Source: Woeseiaceae bacterium (lineage in GTDB: Bacteria; Pseudomonadota; Gammaproteobacteria; Steroidobacterales; Woeseiaceae). Taken from it: a stretch of DNA of 64,000 bases. Position 1 is the first letter of the stretch, and every line of letters begins with the position of its first letter. Made by a program: the position numbers and the translations under genes. The DNA is taken from contig JBFEJR010000013.1 in the NCBI GenBank assembly GCA_041553075.1, positions 4,567 through 68,566 of the forward strand, read 5' to 3'. Below, piece after piece: positions 38,718 through 47,774 of this stretch. The notes beneath the pieces are model-generated. The model did not search any database and was not told the DNA's origin. It was given only the letters and a program-made list of their open reading frames with translations.

Positions 38718-39992
38718 ATGAACTGGCTCTCAGCCTGGAACATCCTGGTACGCAGCGCGGGACCGGTATTGACGCTCTTTTCGGTCGTCGCGTGCGGCGT
38801 CTCGGACTCGGAATCGGCCGACCACGGCGATCCCCGTGAGTACCGTGTGCACTACACGCTGCAACCCGATCCGACGGCCGCGGTGGTCAACGTCGAGCTG
38901 AGGCTGGCACAGCCACAGGGGCTGCTGCGCGAGTTGTCGTTCCCCGTAAGCCCCGACATCAGCGACGTGCGGGGCGACGGCGAACTGGTCACCTTTGATG
39001 GCCGTGTCCACTGGCAGCCGCCGGCACGCGGCGGTTCGCTGCGCTGGCGCGCCCTGGTCCACAGCGAGCGCGGCAACGGCATGTTCGACGCGCTGCTGAC
39101 GACGGACTGGGGCGTTTTCCGCATGGAAGACGTCATCCCGCGCGCCCGGACCCGGACCATCAAGGGGGCCGCCTCGCGCACCACGATCCGCTTCGACCTG
39201 CCCCCGCGATGGACCGCCGTGTCCGAGTACTCGTCGCTCGAGCAGCCCATCGTCGTCGACAGGCCGGACCGGAGATTCGACGAACCGACCGGATGGGTGG
39301 CACTCGGCCGTCTCGGCGTGCGCCGCGAAACGATTGCCGGGATCAAGGTGGCCGTCGTCGGACCGCAGGACCACGGTGTGCGCCGCATGGACATGCTGGC
39401 ACTTCTCAACTGGACACTGCCGGAATTGACGGCCGTGCTGCCCCACGCGCTGACGCGACTGACCGTGGTCAGCGCCGGGGAGCCGATGTGGCGCGGCGGA
39501 CTGTCGGCGCCCGCATCGTTCTATATCCACGCGGAAAGGCCCCTGATCAGCGAGAACGCGACCAGTGCCCTGCTGCACGAGGTGATGCACACCGCGCTGA
39601 GTGTCCGGCCCGCCCCGGGCTTCGACTGGATCGCGGAAGGGCTCGCCGAGTACTACAGCATCGAACTACTGCGCCGCGGGCGGGCTATCACGGACGAACG
39701 CGCGGCAACCGCCTTCACCGAGCAAGCCGCATGGGCCAGGAAGGCCAAGAGCCTGTGCGGGGATGTCTCCACGGGGGCGAGGACCGCGCTCGCCGTAACG
39801 AAGTTCGCGGCGCTGGACCGCGAACTCGCCAGGATCTCCGGCGGGGACGTTCGTCTCGACGACCTGCTGCCGTCGATCGCCGGGTCGGCAGTGGACCTCG
39901 ACATGCTCACTCGCGAGGCGGCCAGGCTGGCCGGAGCAACACCTGACGCACTTCACATCGATAAGCTGCCTGGCTGCCGTAAGATGCGCTGA
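38718..39992 (+). CDS. Predicted exported HExxH metallopeptidase-like protein (MA clan-like)
   Basis: Signal/lipobox ..LTLFSVVAC (Cys26). HEVMH at residues 287-291 (nt 39576-39590), followed by WIAEGLAEYY (Glu307). The function is inferred from these motifs only. Confidence 0.72.
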   Translation: MNWLSAWNILVRSAGPVLTLFSVVACGVSDSESADHGDPREYRVHYTLQPDPTAAVVNVELRLAQPQGLLRELSFPVSPDISDVRGDGELVTFDGRVHWQPPARGGSLRWRALVHSERGNGMFDALLTTDWGVFRMEDVIPRARTRTIKGAASRTTIRFDLPPRWTAVSEYSSLEQPIVVDRPDRRFDEPTGWVALGRLGVRRETIAGIKVAVVGPQDHGVRRMDMLALLNWTLPELTAVLPHALTRLTVVSAGEPMWRGGLSAPASFYIHAERPLISENATSALLHEVMHTALSVRPAPGFDWIAEGLAEYYSIELLRRGRAITDERAATAFTEQAAWARKAKSLCGDVSTGARTALAVTKFAALDRELARISGGDVRLDDLLPSIAGSAVDLDMLTREAARLAGATPDALHIDKLPGCRKMR

Positions 39993-41482
39993 TGGACGGA
40001 CGTCACGACCTCGAACTGATTCTGCGCTCGCGGACGCCGATCATCGTGATCGAATCGCAGGACGAGCAGCGCATGCTCGAGTTGCTGCAGTCGATAACGC
40101 TCGAGAGAGCCCGGGAGGCCTACACGCCGTTATTCCGCTGGACCATCACGGACGGCCTGCAACGCCTGGACATTGCGCTGGAACCGCAGGCCATCAATTC
40201 CGAACCCACCGACGTACTGAAACACATTCGCGCCGTGTCCAAGCCCGGGATCTACGTGTTGCTGGACTTCCACCCGTTCCTCGAGGATCCGGTGCACGTG
40301 CGCCTGTTGAAGGACATCTGCATCCGCGCCCCCGAGGTCGCGCGGCAGATCGTATTGATCAGTCACGAGATCAAGGTGCCCAGCGAGCTCGAGGGCTTCT
40401 GCGCGCGCTTCGACATGGCGCTGCCGTCGGTGGAGGAACGCGCACGAATCGTCAAGCAGGCCGCGAACGAATACGCCAGGGAAAACCCCGGGAGCCGCGT
40501 CAAGGTCGATCGCAAGGCGCACGAACTGCTGATCAAGAATCTCGCCGGGCTGACGTGGGCGGACACCGAGCGGCTGGCGCGCAATGCCATATTCGTCGAT
40601 GGCGCGATCGATCACAGCGACCTCCCCGATGTCATGAAGGCCAAGTACGAGCTGCTCAACCGGGGCGGCGCGCTGCAGTTCGAATACGACACCGCGCGCT
40701 TCAGCGATGTGGGCGGCCTCGAGCGACTCAAGACCTGGTTGAGCCAGCGGCGCCCGGCGTTTCGCGGCGATACCGGTGCCGCTCATCTCGACGTGCCGAA
40801 GGGGATCCTGTTACTCGGCATCCAGGGCTGCGGCAAGAGCCTCGCCGCCAAGGCAACGGCGGGCATCTTCGGCGTACCGCTTTTGCGTCTCGACTTCGGC
40901 GCCATCTACGACAAGTACCATGGCGAAACCGAGCGCAAGCTCAGGGAATCGCTCAAGACGGCTGACGTCATGTCGCCGTGCGTCTTGTGGATCGACGAAA
41001 TCGAAAAGGGCATCGCCGGGCGCGGCGGAGAGACCGGTACGACACAGCGCGTACTCGGCTCTTTCCTGACCTGGATGGCCGAGCGCAAGTCGCAGGTATT
41101 CATCGTCGCCACGGCCAACGATATTGCGACGCTGCCACCGGAACTCGTGCGCAAGGGCCGCTTCGACGAGATCTTCTTCGTGGACCTGCCGAGCGCGAGG
41201 ATCCGGGCGGCCATCTTCACGATCCACCTCGATCGCCGTGGTCAGGAGGTGCGGGATTTCGATATCGAGAAACTGACTACCGCGAGCAGGGGCTTCTCGG
41301 GCGCGGAGATCGAGCAGGCGATCGTGGCCTCGCTCTATGCGGCTCACGCCAAGCGGGAACCGTTGTCTACTGGCCACGTGCTCGATGAGATCGCACGCAC
41401 TCGCCCACTGTCCGTGGTGATGGCGGAGCGGATCGCGGCGATGCGCGACTGGGCCGCCGGACGCACGGTTCCCTGTGACTGA
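39992..41482 (+). CDS. AAA+ ATPase, Ycf46-like architecture
   Basis: Walker A GIQGCGKS, Walker B VLWIDEIE, sensor-1 ATAN, and SRH/Arg finger ..[11 protein letters not shown]. The ~230-aa N-domain opens [21 protein letters not shown]. The ATG shares one nt with the upstream TGA (TGATG). Confidence 0.9.
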   Translation: MDGRHDLELILRSRTPIIVIESQDEQRMLELLQSITLERAREAYTPLFRWTITDGLQRLDIALEPQAINSEPTDVLKHIRAVSKPGIYVLLDFHPFLEDPVHVRLLKDICIRAPEVARQIVLISHEIKVPSELEGFCARFDMALPSVEERARIVKQAANEYARENPGSRVKVDRKAHELLIKNLAGLTWADTERLARNAIFVDGAIDHSDLPDVMKAKYELLNRGGALQFEYDTARFSDVGGLERLKTWLSQRRPAFRGDTGAAHLDVPKGILLLGIQGCGKSLAAKATAGIFGVPLLRLDFGAIYDKYHGETERKLRESLKTADVMSPCVLWIDEIEKGIAGRGGETGTTQRVLGSFLTWMAERKSQVFIVATANDIATLPPELVRKGRFDEIFFVDLPSARIRAAIFTIHLDRRGQEVRDFDIEKLTTASRGFSGAEIEQAIVASLYAAHAKREPLSTGHVLDEIARTRPLSVVMAERIAAMRDWAAGRTVPCD

Positions 41483-41554
41483 TTCGATTTAACTTAAGCG
41501 CGCAGGCGCTTCCCGACCGAGTACCACCGTGCGCGCACGTGATAGACTGCGTGC

Positions 41555-42988
41555 ATGGCTAATGAGAATAAAAACATCAACGAATTAGTCTCCGACGAGG
41601 ATGCAACGGCAGAACTCGAAGTCGCGACTTTTCGCCAGGCCCAGTCGGTGGCCTCGGCGCCGCCCGAGTCCGACGAAAACACGTTCGACTTCACGGCGAA
41701 ATCCGAACGCGACTCCAGCACTATCGGCAAGCTGCGATTCGATCTCGAACAGCTGCGGGCCCGCTGGCTGGGTGTCGAAGCCGAACTCAAGGCGCGCGAG
41801 GAAATCACCGACCGACTGCAAGCGGAACTCGCAGAGTGGCGCGAGAAGCTCGCACGCAAAGACAAGCTGATCAAGACTCGCGACGGCAAGATCAAGGCAC
41901 TCAAGGCCGAGATCCGCGATCGCGACGAACATCACCGCGTTACGGTCAGCGAACTGCAACTGCAGCTCGACAATGCGCATCGCACCATCGATCCCGTCCC
42001 CGAACCGCCGCGGGGCCAGCCTGCCCGCGTGCCCGCGGTTGGTGACGATATTGGCGGCGAGACCCGCTACGCGCGTATCGAGGAATATGCCGACCTGCTG
42101 CGCCGCAAGCTGCAGGACGTGCTGGCGCAGCACGACGACGTGGAGAAGGACCGCCGGCGACTCGCCGGTGCCCTCGCCCGCGCCGAGGATCGCGAACGCA
42201 GCCTCCAGAACGAGTTGGCCAACGCAGTGACGGAACGCGACGAACTGGAAGCCGCGTTGGCCGAGGCAGGCGCCGCACATGAAGAAGAAATGCGCATCCT
42301 GCGCTTCGAACTCGGTGAAGCCCAGGAAACGGTCGTGCAGACCGAGGAGCTGAATACCCAGCTCGCCTCCGACCTCGTCGATACGCGCGGCTTCAAACAG
42401 GAACTCGAACGAATGCTCTGTGACAGCGACGAGCAGTCACGCGCGCGCATCGCCGAACTCGAATCGGACCTCAAGCACGCCACGCGACTTGCGGAGGATC
42501 TCCAGCAGAAACTCGATGCGCGCAGCGACGCGATCAACGTGCTGCTCTCGGAACTGGCGCGCAAGTCGCAACAGATGGAGTCGATCGACGATCTCGGGGA
42601 CGCGATCTCCGATCTCGACGTCCGCATTGCCGAGCAGTTCGACGAGGAAGACGAGGCCCCGCGGAAGGCGCGATCGGCCGACCGCGTGACGCGCATGCTG
42701 CTGGGCAAGATCGGCGACAAGGTGCTGCGTTTCCCGCTGTTCAAGGACAAGCTGACCATTGGCCGCACGGCCGATAACGACATCCAGCTCAATGCGCCCT
42801 ATATCAGCCGCAAGCACGCCGTGATAACCACGGACGGTGACACCACTCGCCTGATCGACTGGGGCAGCAAGAACGGTGTTTATGTCAACTCGAAGCGCGT
42901 GACCGAGTACTTCCTCGGGAACGGCGACATAGTGACAATCGGCAACGCCCACTTCCGCTACGACGAACGCCCCAAGCGCGACAGCTGA
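41555..42988 (+). CDS. Coiled-coil protein with C-terminal FHA domain
   Basis: About 370 aa of heptad-rich E/R/L/K sequence, then a canonical FHA core: ..LTIGRTADNDIQLN.PYISRKHAVI.......L.D.GSKNGVYVN.KRV....L..GD...IG... Confidence 0.85.
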   Translation: MANENKNINELVSDEDATAELEVATFRQAQSVASAPPESDENTFDFTAKSERDSSTIGKLRFDLEQLRARWLGVEAELKAREEITDRLQAELAEWREKLARKDKLIKTRDGKIKALKAEIRDRDEHHRVTVSELQLQLDNAHRTIDPVPEPPRGQPARVPAVGDDIGGETRYARIEEYADLLRRKLQDVLAQHDDVEKDRRRLAGALARAEDRERSLQNELANAVTERDELEAALAEAGAAHEEEMRILRFELGEAQETVVQTEELNTQLASDLVDTRGFKQELERMLCDSDEQSRARIAELESDLKHATRLAEDLQQKLDARSDAINVLLSELARKSQQMESIDDLGDAISDLDVRIAEQFDEEDEAPRKARSADRVTRMLLGKIGDKVLRFPLFKDKLTIGRTADNDIQLNAPYISRKHAVITTDGDTTRLIDWGSKNGVYVNSKRVTEYFLGNGDIVTIGNAHFRYDERPKRDS

Positions 42989-43064
42989 TCTGTGAGGGCA
43001 ATCACGCACTTTTCTTGCCGATTGCTCTAGAGTTCAATCGTGGACCACCGCGAGGGATCGCACG

Positions 43065-43349
43065 ATGCTCGGCACGGCCGCAGGGAACACGGTACCCCCC
43101 AGGGAAACCCGCCGGCGCGAACAGCGCAATGACCGGCTAATCACGCGCAAGCTGTGGTTGCCCAAGCTCCTGTACAGCGCCCTGCCGTGGTTCTACGTCG
43201 GCTCGGGAATTGCCGCGTTCCTCGCAACGATGTACATCAGCGAGTGGTTCTGGATCCTGCCGCACTACCTGCTGTTTTCGGTCGCCTGCGTCCATCTCGG
43301 CTTGTTCGTGTATCGGCGCCGCCGCAGGGCCATGGCCGACGACGTTTGA
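43065..43349 (+). CDS. Small membrane protein (94 aa, 2 predicted TM)
   Basis: An ATG with GAGGGA 8 nt upstream, strong GC3 bias, two hydrophobic helices, and a basic C-terminus RRRRR. Confidence 0.6.
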   Translation: MLGTAAGNTVPPRETRRREQRNDRLITRKLWLPKLLYSALPWFYVGSGIAAFLATMYISEWFWILPHYLLFSVACVHLGLFVYRRRRRAMADDV

Positions 43350-43403
43350 CGTCCCGCAGAAGCTGGGCAATGATATCGGCCCTCTCCCAGCCGGGCCGAC
43401 CCA

Positions 43404-43691
43404 TTGAGCGATAATCCGACCCCGACGTCCTCTTTTCTGAAGAAGGAACTCGCGTTGTTTAGCGTGATGCTGTTGTGCGGCATCGTGCTGTTGCCGATCG
43501 CGATCTGGTTTGTCGGCAACGTGGTATTCGACACTTACGGCGGCGCCGGCTACGGCGATTTCTTCAGCCGGCTGAGCGGCAAACTGCGCGCGGCGGAACC
43601 GGTCGCCTGGTTCCTGGTGCTGTCACCCTGGATCGCCGTGCAGGTCCTGCGCCTGGCCGCATTCGGCTGGCGTCGCGCGGGCAAACTGTGA
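43404..43691 (+). CDS. Small membrane protein (~95 aa, 2 predicted TM)
   Basis: GC3-biased ORF with a TTG start (start uncertain) and two hydrophobic helices. Confidence 0.5.
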   Translation: MSDNPTPTSSFLKKELALFSVMLLCGIVLLPIAIWFVGNVVFDTYGGAGYGDFFSRLSGKLRAAEPVAWFLVLSPWIAVQVLRLAAFGWRRAGKL

Positions 43692-43813
43692 ATTCCCTCA
43701 CACTTTTTGCCATCTGTCCCCCGTATCTAACTGGTTTCTATAGAAAAACGACCTGGAATCCGGCATCCTGAGGTAGCGGGACGTGTTTTGTCTCGCACTC
43801 CCCCGATCAGGCG

Positions 43814-44191
43814 GTGCTATCGATGCTAGGCAGGTTGAAAACATGGTTCATGCGGCGATTCTCGGACGAGACATCGCCCGGACCGGCTGCCGTGCGGAAG
43901 GATCCTCCACGCGCCAAAGCAGCGCCGCGGCCGGCTGCCAGCAAGGTACCCCGGCCTGACCCGGAGTTCGTCGATACGGACGCCGACCTGTCCGGCGAAA
44001 TCGAGACCATCGGGCCCGGCAAGAACGTCCTGATCCGCAACAAGTTCCGGCGCGAGGACACCGGCACTCATGAGACCCTGCAGATTCTCGATGACTCCAT
44101 CGTCGATTCGGGCGAGGAAACCGGCATCGATCCCTACAACACGGGCGCCTTCGACCGCTCGAAAAACTGGGACAAGCGCTTCGGAAAGTAG
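43814..44191 (+). CDS. Hypothetical protein (125 aa, Pro/Lys-rich N-half, acidic C-half)
   Basis: GC3-biased ORF starting at the GTG at 43814 or the ATG at 43823. C-terminal motif ..GIDPYNTGAFDRSKNW... No family recognised. Confidence 0.6.
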   Translation: MLSMLGRLKTWFMRRFSDETSPGPAAVRKDPPRAKAAPRPAASKVPRPDPEFVDTDADLSGEIETIGPGKNVLIRNKFRREDTGTHETLQILDDSIVDSGEETGIDPYNTGAFDRSKNWDKRFGK

Positions 44192-44222
44192 AACCCGGCG
44201 CGTTTTCTAGTAACATTCGCAT

Positions 44223-44756
44223 GTGGCTATGCGAATCTCCTTCGAACTCGACGACAACGACCTGAAGCATTTTCAGCTCATCATGGATGAGGCGCGCAAG
44301 GCCGCGCGCCGGATAGAGCCCGAGGACATCGTGGCGGCCGCCGAGGAGCTGCTGGGGAATGTTCCGCGGTCAGAAGCGCCGGGCTTCATCGTCGAGCGGC
44401 TCGAGCGCCTGGACCTGATGATCCGGATGCTGTCGGATATCGAATGGCGACTGCCCCACCAGGACGCGACGCGGGTGCTGAATGCGCTGGCCTATTTCGC
44501 CGAGCCCGAGGACCTGATTCCCGACCATATTCCCGGCCTGGGCTTTCTCGACGATGCGATCATGATCGAGCTGGTCGCGCGCGAACTCAAGCACGAAGTC
44601 GAGGCCTACCAGGACTTCTGCGACTACCGCAACCGCCTGAAAGCCAAGGGCGACGGCAGTGCCGCGAGCCGCGAGGGCTGGCTGGATGCGCGCCGCAAGG
44701 AACTCCAGGCTCGCATGCATCGCCGCCGCGGGCGCGGCCCGCGCCTCCTGCGCTGA
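44223..44756 (+). CDS. DUF1232 (YkvA-like) domain protein
   Basis: Motif ..YF..P.DLIPDHIPGLGFLDDAIMIELV.., characteristic of DUF1232 (from memory). The start is the GTG at 44223 or the ATG at 44229. Confidence 0.72.
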   Translation: MAMRISFELDDNDLKHFQLIMDEARKAARRIEPEDIVAAAEELLGNVPRSEAPGFIVERLERLDLMIRMLSDIEWRLPHQDATRVLNALAYFAEPEDLIPDHIPGLGFLDDAIMIELVARELKHEVEAYQDFCDYRNRLKAKGDGSAASREGWLDARRKELQARMHRRRGRGPRLLR

Positions 44757-44764
44757 ACGGCCGC

Positions 44765-45049
44765 TCAGGGCCAGTAGTAATAGCCGACCCCGAACAGCGC
44801 CAGCCACATGGCGGCGTTGATCCAGTAGCGGGCCGCATGATCCCTGATCAGCGTGTAGAAACTTGCTGCGGCAATCATGGTCATACCGAGAAAGAGCACG
44901 AGACTGGCGAGCAGTGGCTCGAACTCGCGCTGCAGGCGCGGATACTCGTCGCCGAGGAGCAGGACCACGAGTATCACCGCGGACAGGCTGAACGTGATGG
45001 CGAACGACGAGCCGAGGATGATCAGCGTGACGACGGACAGTGGACGCAT
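44765..45049 (-). CDS. Small membrane protein (94 aa, 3 predicted TM)
   Basis: ATG start, GC3 bias, and three hydrophobic segments. No family recognised. Confidence 0.55.
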   Translation of the reverse strand: MRPLSVVTLIILGSSFAITFSLSAVILVVLLLGDEYPRLQREFEPLLASLVLFLGMTMIAAASFYTLIRDHAARYWINAAMWLALFGVGYYYWP

Positions 45050-45191
45050 GGATTTGTTTCCGAAGCGGTCGATTTTTCCCGCAAAAGATTGACGATTATG
45101 ACGAATGCACCCTTGATCGCAGACCGCCGGACCACTAGCCTAGCGCAACGCGCATCGTACTGTAATCTTTGAGATTGTACTGGAGAAAACC

Positions 45192-47306
45192 TTGACGAAA
45201 ACCCGCACCCGCCAGTTGCACTGGATAGCCGGCCTGGTCATTGCCGTTGCAGCCTGGCCTGCCCTCGGAACCAATGCGGCGCTCGATCAGAAGAGCTTTC
45301 TCCACCCGGAACAGCGTCACGAGAACATCGGCGAACTCGTGACGCAGTTTATCGAAAAGCAGCATTACAACAGCATCGCCGTCGACGATGAGCTGTCGTC
45401 GCGCGTGCTCGACCTGTTTATCGAGTCGCTCGACAGGAACCGGATGTACCTGCTCGAAGGCGACGTGAAGTACTTCGAGACCTACCGCTATCGCCTCGAC
45501 GACATGATCCGCAGCCGGCCGCTCGATCCGGTCTTCGAGATGTACGAGGTGTACCAGACGCGGGTTCGGGACCGTCTCGAATTCGCGCTCCGGCAACTCG
45601 AGACCGAGCCGGATTTCCTCGTCGACGAGGCCTACCAGTTCGATCGCTCCGAAGAGCCGTGGGCCGTGTCGTCCGCGGAGCTCGACGAAATCTGGCGCAA
45701 GCGGGTCAAGAACGACGCGCTCAACCTGGTTCTCGAGGGCGAGACCTGGGAGAAGGCCCAGGACGTCCTGATCAAGCGCTACAAGGGCTACCTGCGGCGC
45801 CTGGACCAGGTCAACAGCGACGACGTCTTCGAGCGTTTCATGAATGCCTTCGCGCATACGCTGGATCCTCACTCCAGCTACCTGTCGCCGCGGAATTCCG
45901 AGGAATACCGGATCCAGATGAGCCTGTCGTACTTCGGCATCGGTGCCTCGCTGCAGACCGAAGACGACTTCGTCAAGATCGCCGGCATCATTCCTGGTGG
46001 CCCGGCGGCCATTGACGGCCGGCTGAAGCCCGAAGACCGCATCACGGGCGTGGCTCAGGGTGCCGAGGGCGAAGTGGTCGACGTCATCGGCTGGCGTCTC
46101 GACGATGTCGTGGAACTGATCCGCGGACCTGCGAACTCGGTCGTTCGGCTGGAGATCATCCCGGCCAACGCCCTGCCCGGCAGCCCCAAGAAATTCATCA
46201 ACCTGACGCGCGACCAGGTCAAGCTCGAGGAGCAGGCTGCGAAGAGCGAGATCGTCACGGTACCGCGCGAGGGCCGCCAATGGCGGATCGGCGTGATCGA
46301 CGTGCCGAGCTTCTATCGCGACTACCCTGCCCTGAGCCGCGGCGACAAGGACTTCACCAGCACGACCAAAGACGTAAAACGCCTCATCGAGGAGCTCGAG
46401 GAAGAAGGCATCGACGGCCTCGTCATCGACCTGCGAGGCAATGGCGGCGGGCACCTGACCGAGGCAACCGCCTTGTCGGGCCTGTTCATCGACAACGGCC
46501 CCGTCGTGCAGCTGCGGAATGGCACCGGCCGGATCAGCCGCCTGGATGACCCGGATCCGGTAGCGCGCGTCGCGTATGCCGGCCCGCTTGCGGTGCTCGT
46601 GGACCGTTACAGCGCCTCCGCCTCCGAGATCTTCGCCGCCGCCATCCAGGACTACGAGCGGGGCGTCATCGTCGGCCAGCAGACTTTCGGCAAGGGAACC
46701 GTCCAGAACCTGTATTCGCTGGACCAGTATCTGCGTAGCGAGGACGACACCGGATTCGGGCAGCTGACGCTGACCATCGGCAAGTATTACCGCGTCACGG
46801 GCGAAAGCACCCAGCATCGCGGCGTCGATCCCGACATCGAACTGCCGTCGCACATCAACGCGAAGCTGATCGGTGAGAGCGTGCGCGACAGTGCCCTGCC
46901 CTGGGACACGATACCGACCACGCGCTTTCGCGCCGGCAAGCCGCTGGACGGGACCATCGAATCCCTGGCCGTGACCTACCAGCAGCGCGCCAAGGATGAC
47001 CCCAATTTCCGTTACCAGATGGACGTGATTCGCGCAGCCGAGGAGATGACCTCGCGCAAGTCGCTGTCGCTCAACATCGAGGCCCGGCGCAATGAGCGCG
47101 AACAGGATCTCGAAAAGCAACTCGGGCGGGAAAACGAACGCCGCGCCGCGCTCGGGCTCGCACCGGTAGCAAGCCTCGACGACCTCGATGAGGAGGATGT
47201 TCCCGACATCCTGCTCGACCAGGCCGCCGGCATCGCCACGGACCTGGCCATCCTGCGCGAACTGGGCGGACCCGAGCACACGGCGCAGGTGCGCCCCCAG
47301 GGTTGA
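45192..47306 (+). CDS. prc: Tail-specific (C-terminal processing) protease Prc, S41 family
   Basis: A 704-aa ORF with a TTG start after GGAG and a signal peptide. The Prc N-domain reads ..ELV..F.EK.HY.....DD.LS..VLD.FI..LD.N..Y.L..D. A PDZ domain follows, then ..DLRGNGGG....A... and ..S.SASEIFA.A.QDY.R... Confidence 0.93.
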   Translation: MTKTRTRQLHWIAGLVIAVAAWPALGTNAALDQKSFLHPEQRHENIGELVTQFIEKQHYNSIAVDDELSSRVLDLFIESLDRNRMYLLEGDVKYFETYRYRLDDMIRSRPLDPVFEMYEVYQTRVRDRLEFALRQLETEPDFLVDEAYQFDRSEEPWAVSSAELDEIWRKRVKNDALNLVLEGETWEKAQDVLIKRYKGYLRRLDQVNSDDVFERFMNAFAHTLDPHSSYLSPRNSEEYRIQMSLSYFGIGASLQTEDDFVKIAGIIPGGPAAIDGRLKPEDRITGVAQGAEGEVVDVIGWRLDDVVELIRGPANSVVRLEIIPANALPGSPKKFINLTRDQVKLEEQAAKSEIVTVPREGRQWRIGVIDVPSFYRDYPALSRGDKDFTSTTKDVKRLIEELEEEGIDGLVIDLRGNGGGHLTEATALSGLFIDNGPVVQLRNGTGRISRLDDPDPVARVAYAGPLAVLVDRYSASASEIFAAAIQDYERGVIVGQQTFGKGTVQNLYSLDQYLRSEDDTGFGQLTLTIGKYYRVTGESTQHRGVDPDIELPSHINAKLIGESVRDSALPWDTIPTTRFRAGKPLDGTIESLAVTYQQRAKDDPNFRYQMDVIRAAEEMTSRKSLSLNIEARRNEREQDLEKQLGRENERRAALGLAPVASLDDLDEEDVPDILLDQAAGIATDLAILRELGGPEHTAQVRPQG

Positions 47307-47319
47307 CCGGCCAAGACCG

Positions 47320-47365
47320 GGTGTTATACTCGACTATAACACCACGATGATCGCGTGACGCGATC
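47320..47365. repeat. Two tandem hairpins in the prc-downstream spacer
   Basis: GGTGTTATA-ctcgac-TATAACACC (47320-47343) and GATCGCG-tga-CGCGATC (47349-47365). Neither has a U-tract, so the function is unknown. Confidence 0.4.
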
Positions 47366-47383
47366 CCGGCAGAGGGGATTGGC

Positions 47384-47770
47384 ATGGCGGTACGGCACAA
47401 AGAGCCCCGGTACGATATCAGCACCGCCGCCACGGCGGGGCTGCTGCTGGCCGGCCTGCTCGCCGGCCCGGTCATCGCGGCACCCGAGCGCGACCTGCTG
47501 CACGAAGACGAGCCCGGCCTCGACGTCGCGGCCGACGCCCTTACGGTAACCCCCGTCAACAACAGCGACGAACTCCTCGACAACCATCTCCTCAAGCCGC
47601 GCGCGCAGTCGGCGGCCCGCGGCGCATTCGCCAGCGAGGCGGCTGCCGAGAAAGGCGTCGATCAGGATGCCGAAGCAAGCGAGGCTGCAGCCCCGGAGCC
47701 CGGTCTGCACAGCGCCTCCGACCGCAAGCCCTCACCGTACAAACGGCAGATGTACCGCCGCGACATCTGA
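47384..47770 (+). CDS. Hypothetical secreted low-complexity protein (128 aa)
   Basis: An ATG preceded by GAGGGG, strong GC3 bias, signal-like ..AATAGLLLAGLLAGPVIAAP, and an Ala/Glu-rich body. Confidence 0.55.
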   Translation: MAVRHKEPRYDISTAATAGLLLAGLLAGPVIAAPERDLLHEDEPGLDVAADALTVTPVNNSDELLDNHLLKPRAQSAARGAFASEAAAEKGVDQDAEASEAAAPEPGLHSASDRKPSPYKRQMYRRDI

Positions 47771-47774
47771 GCCA

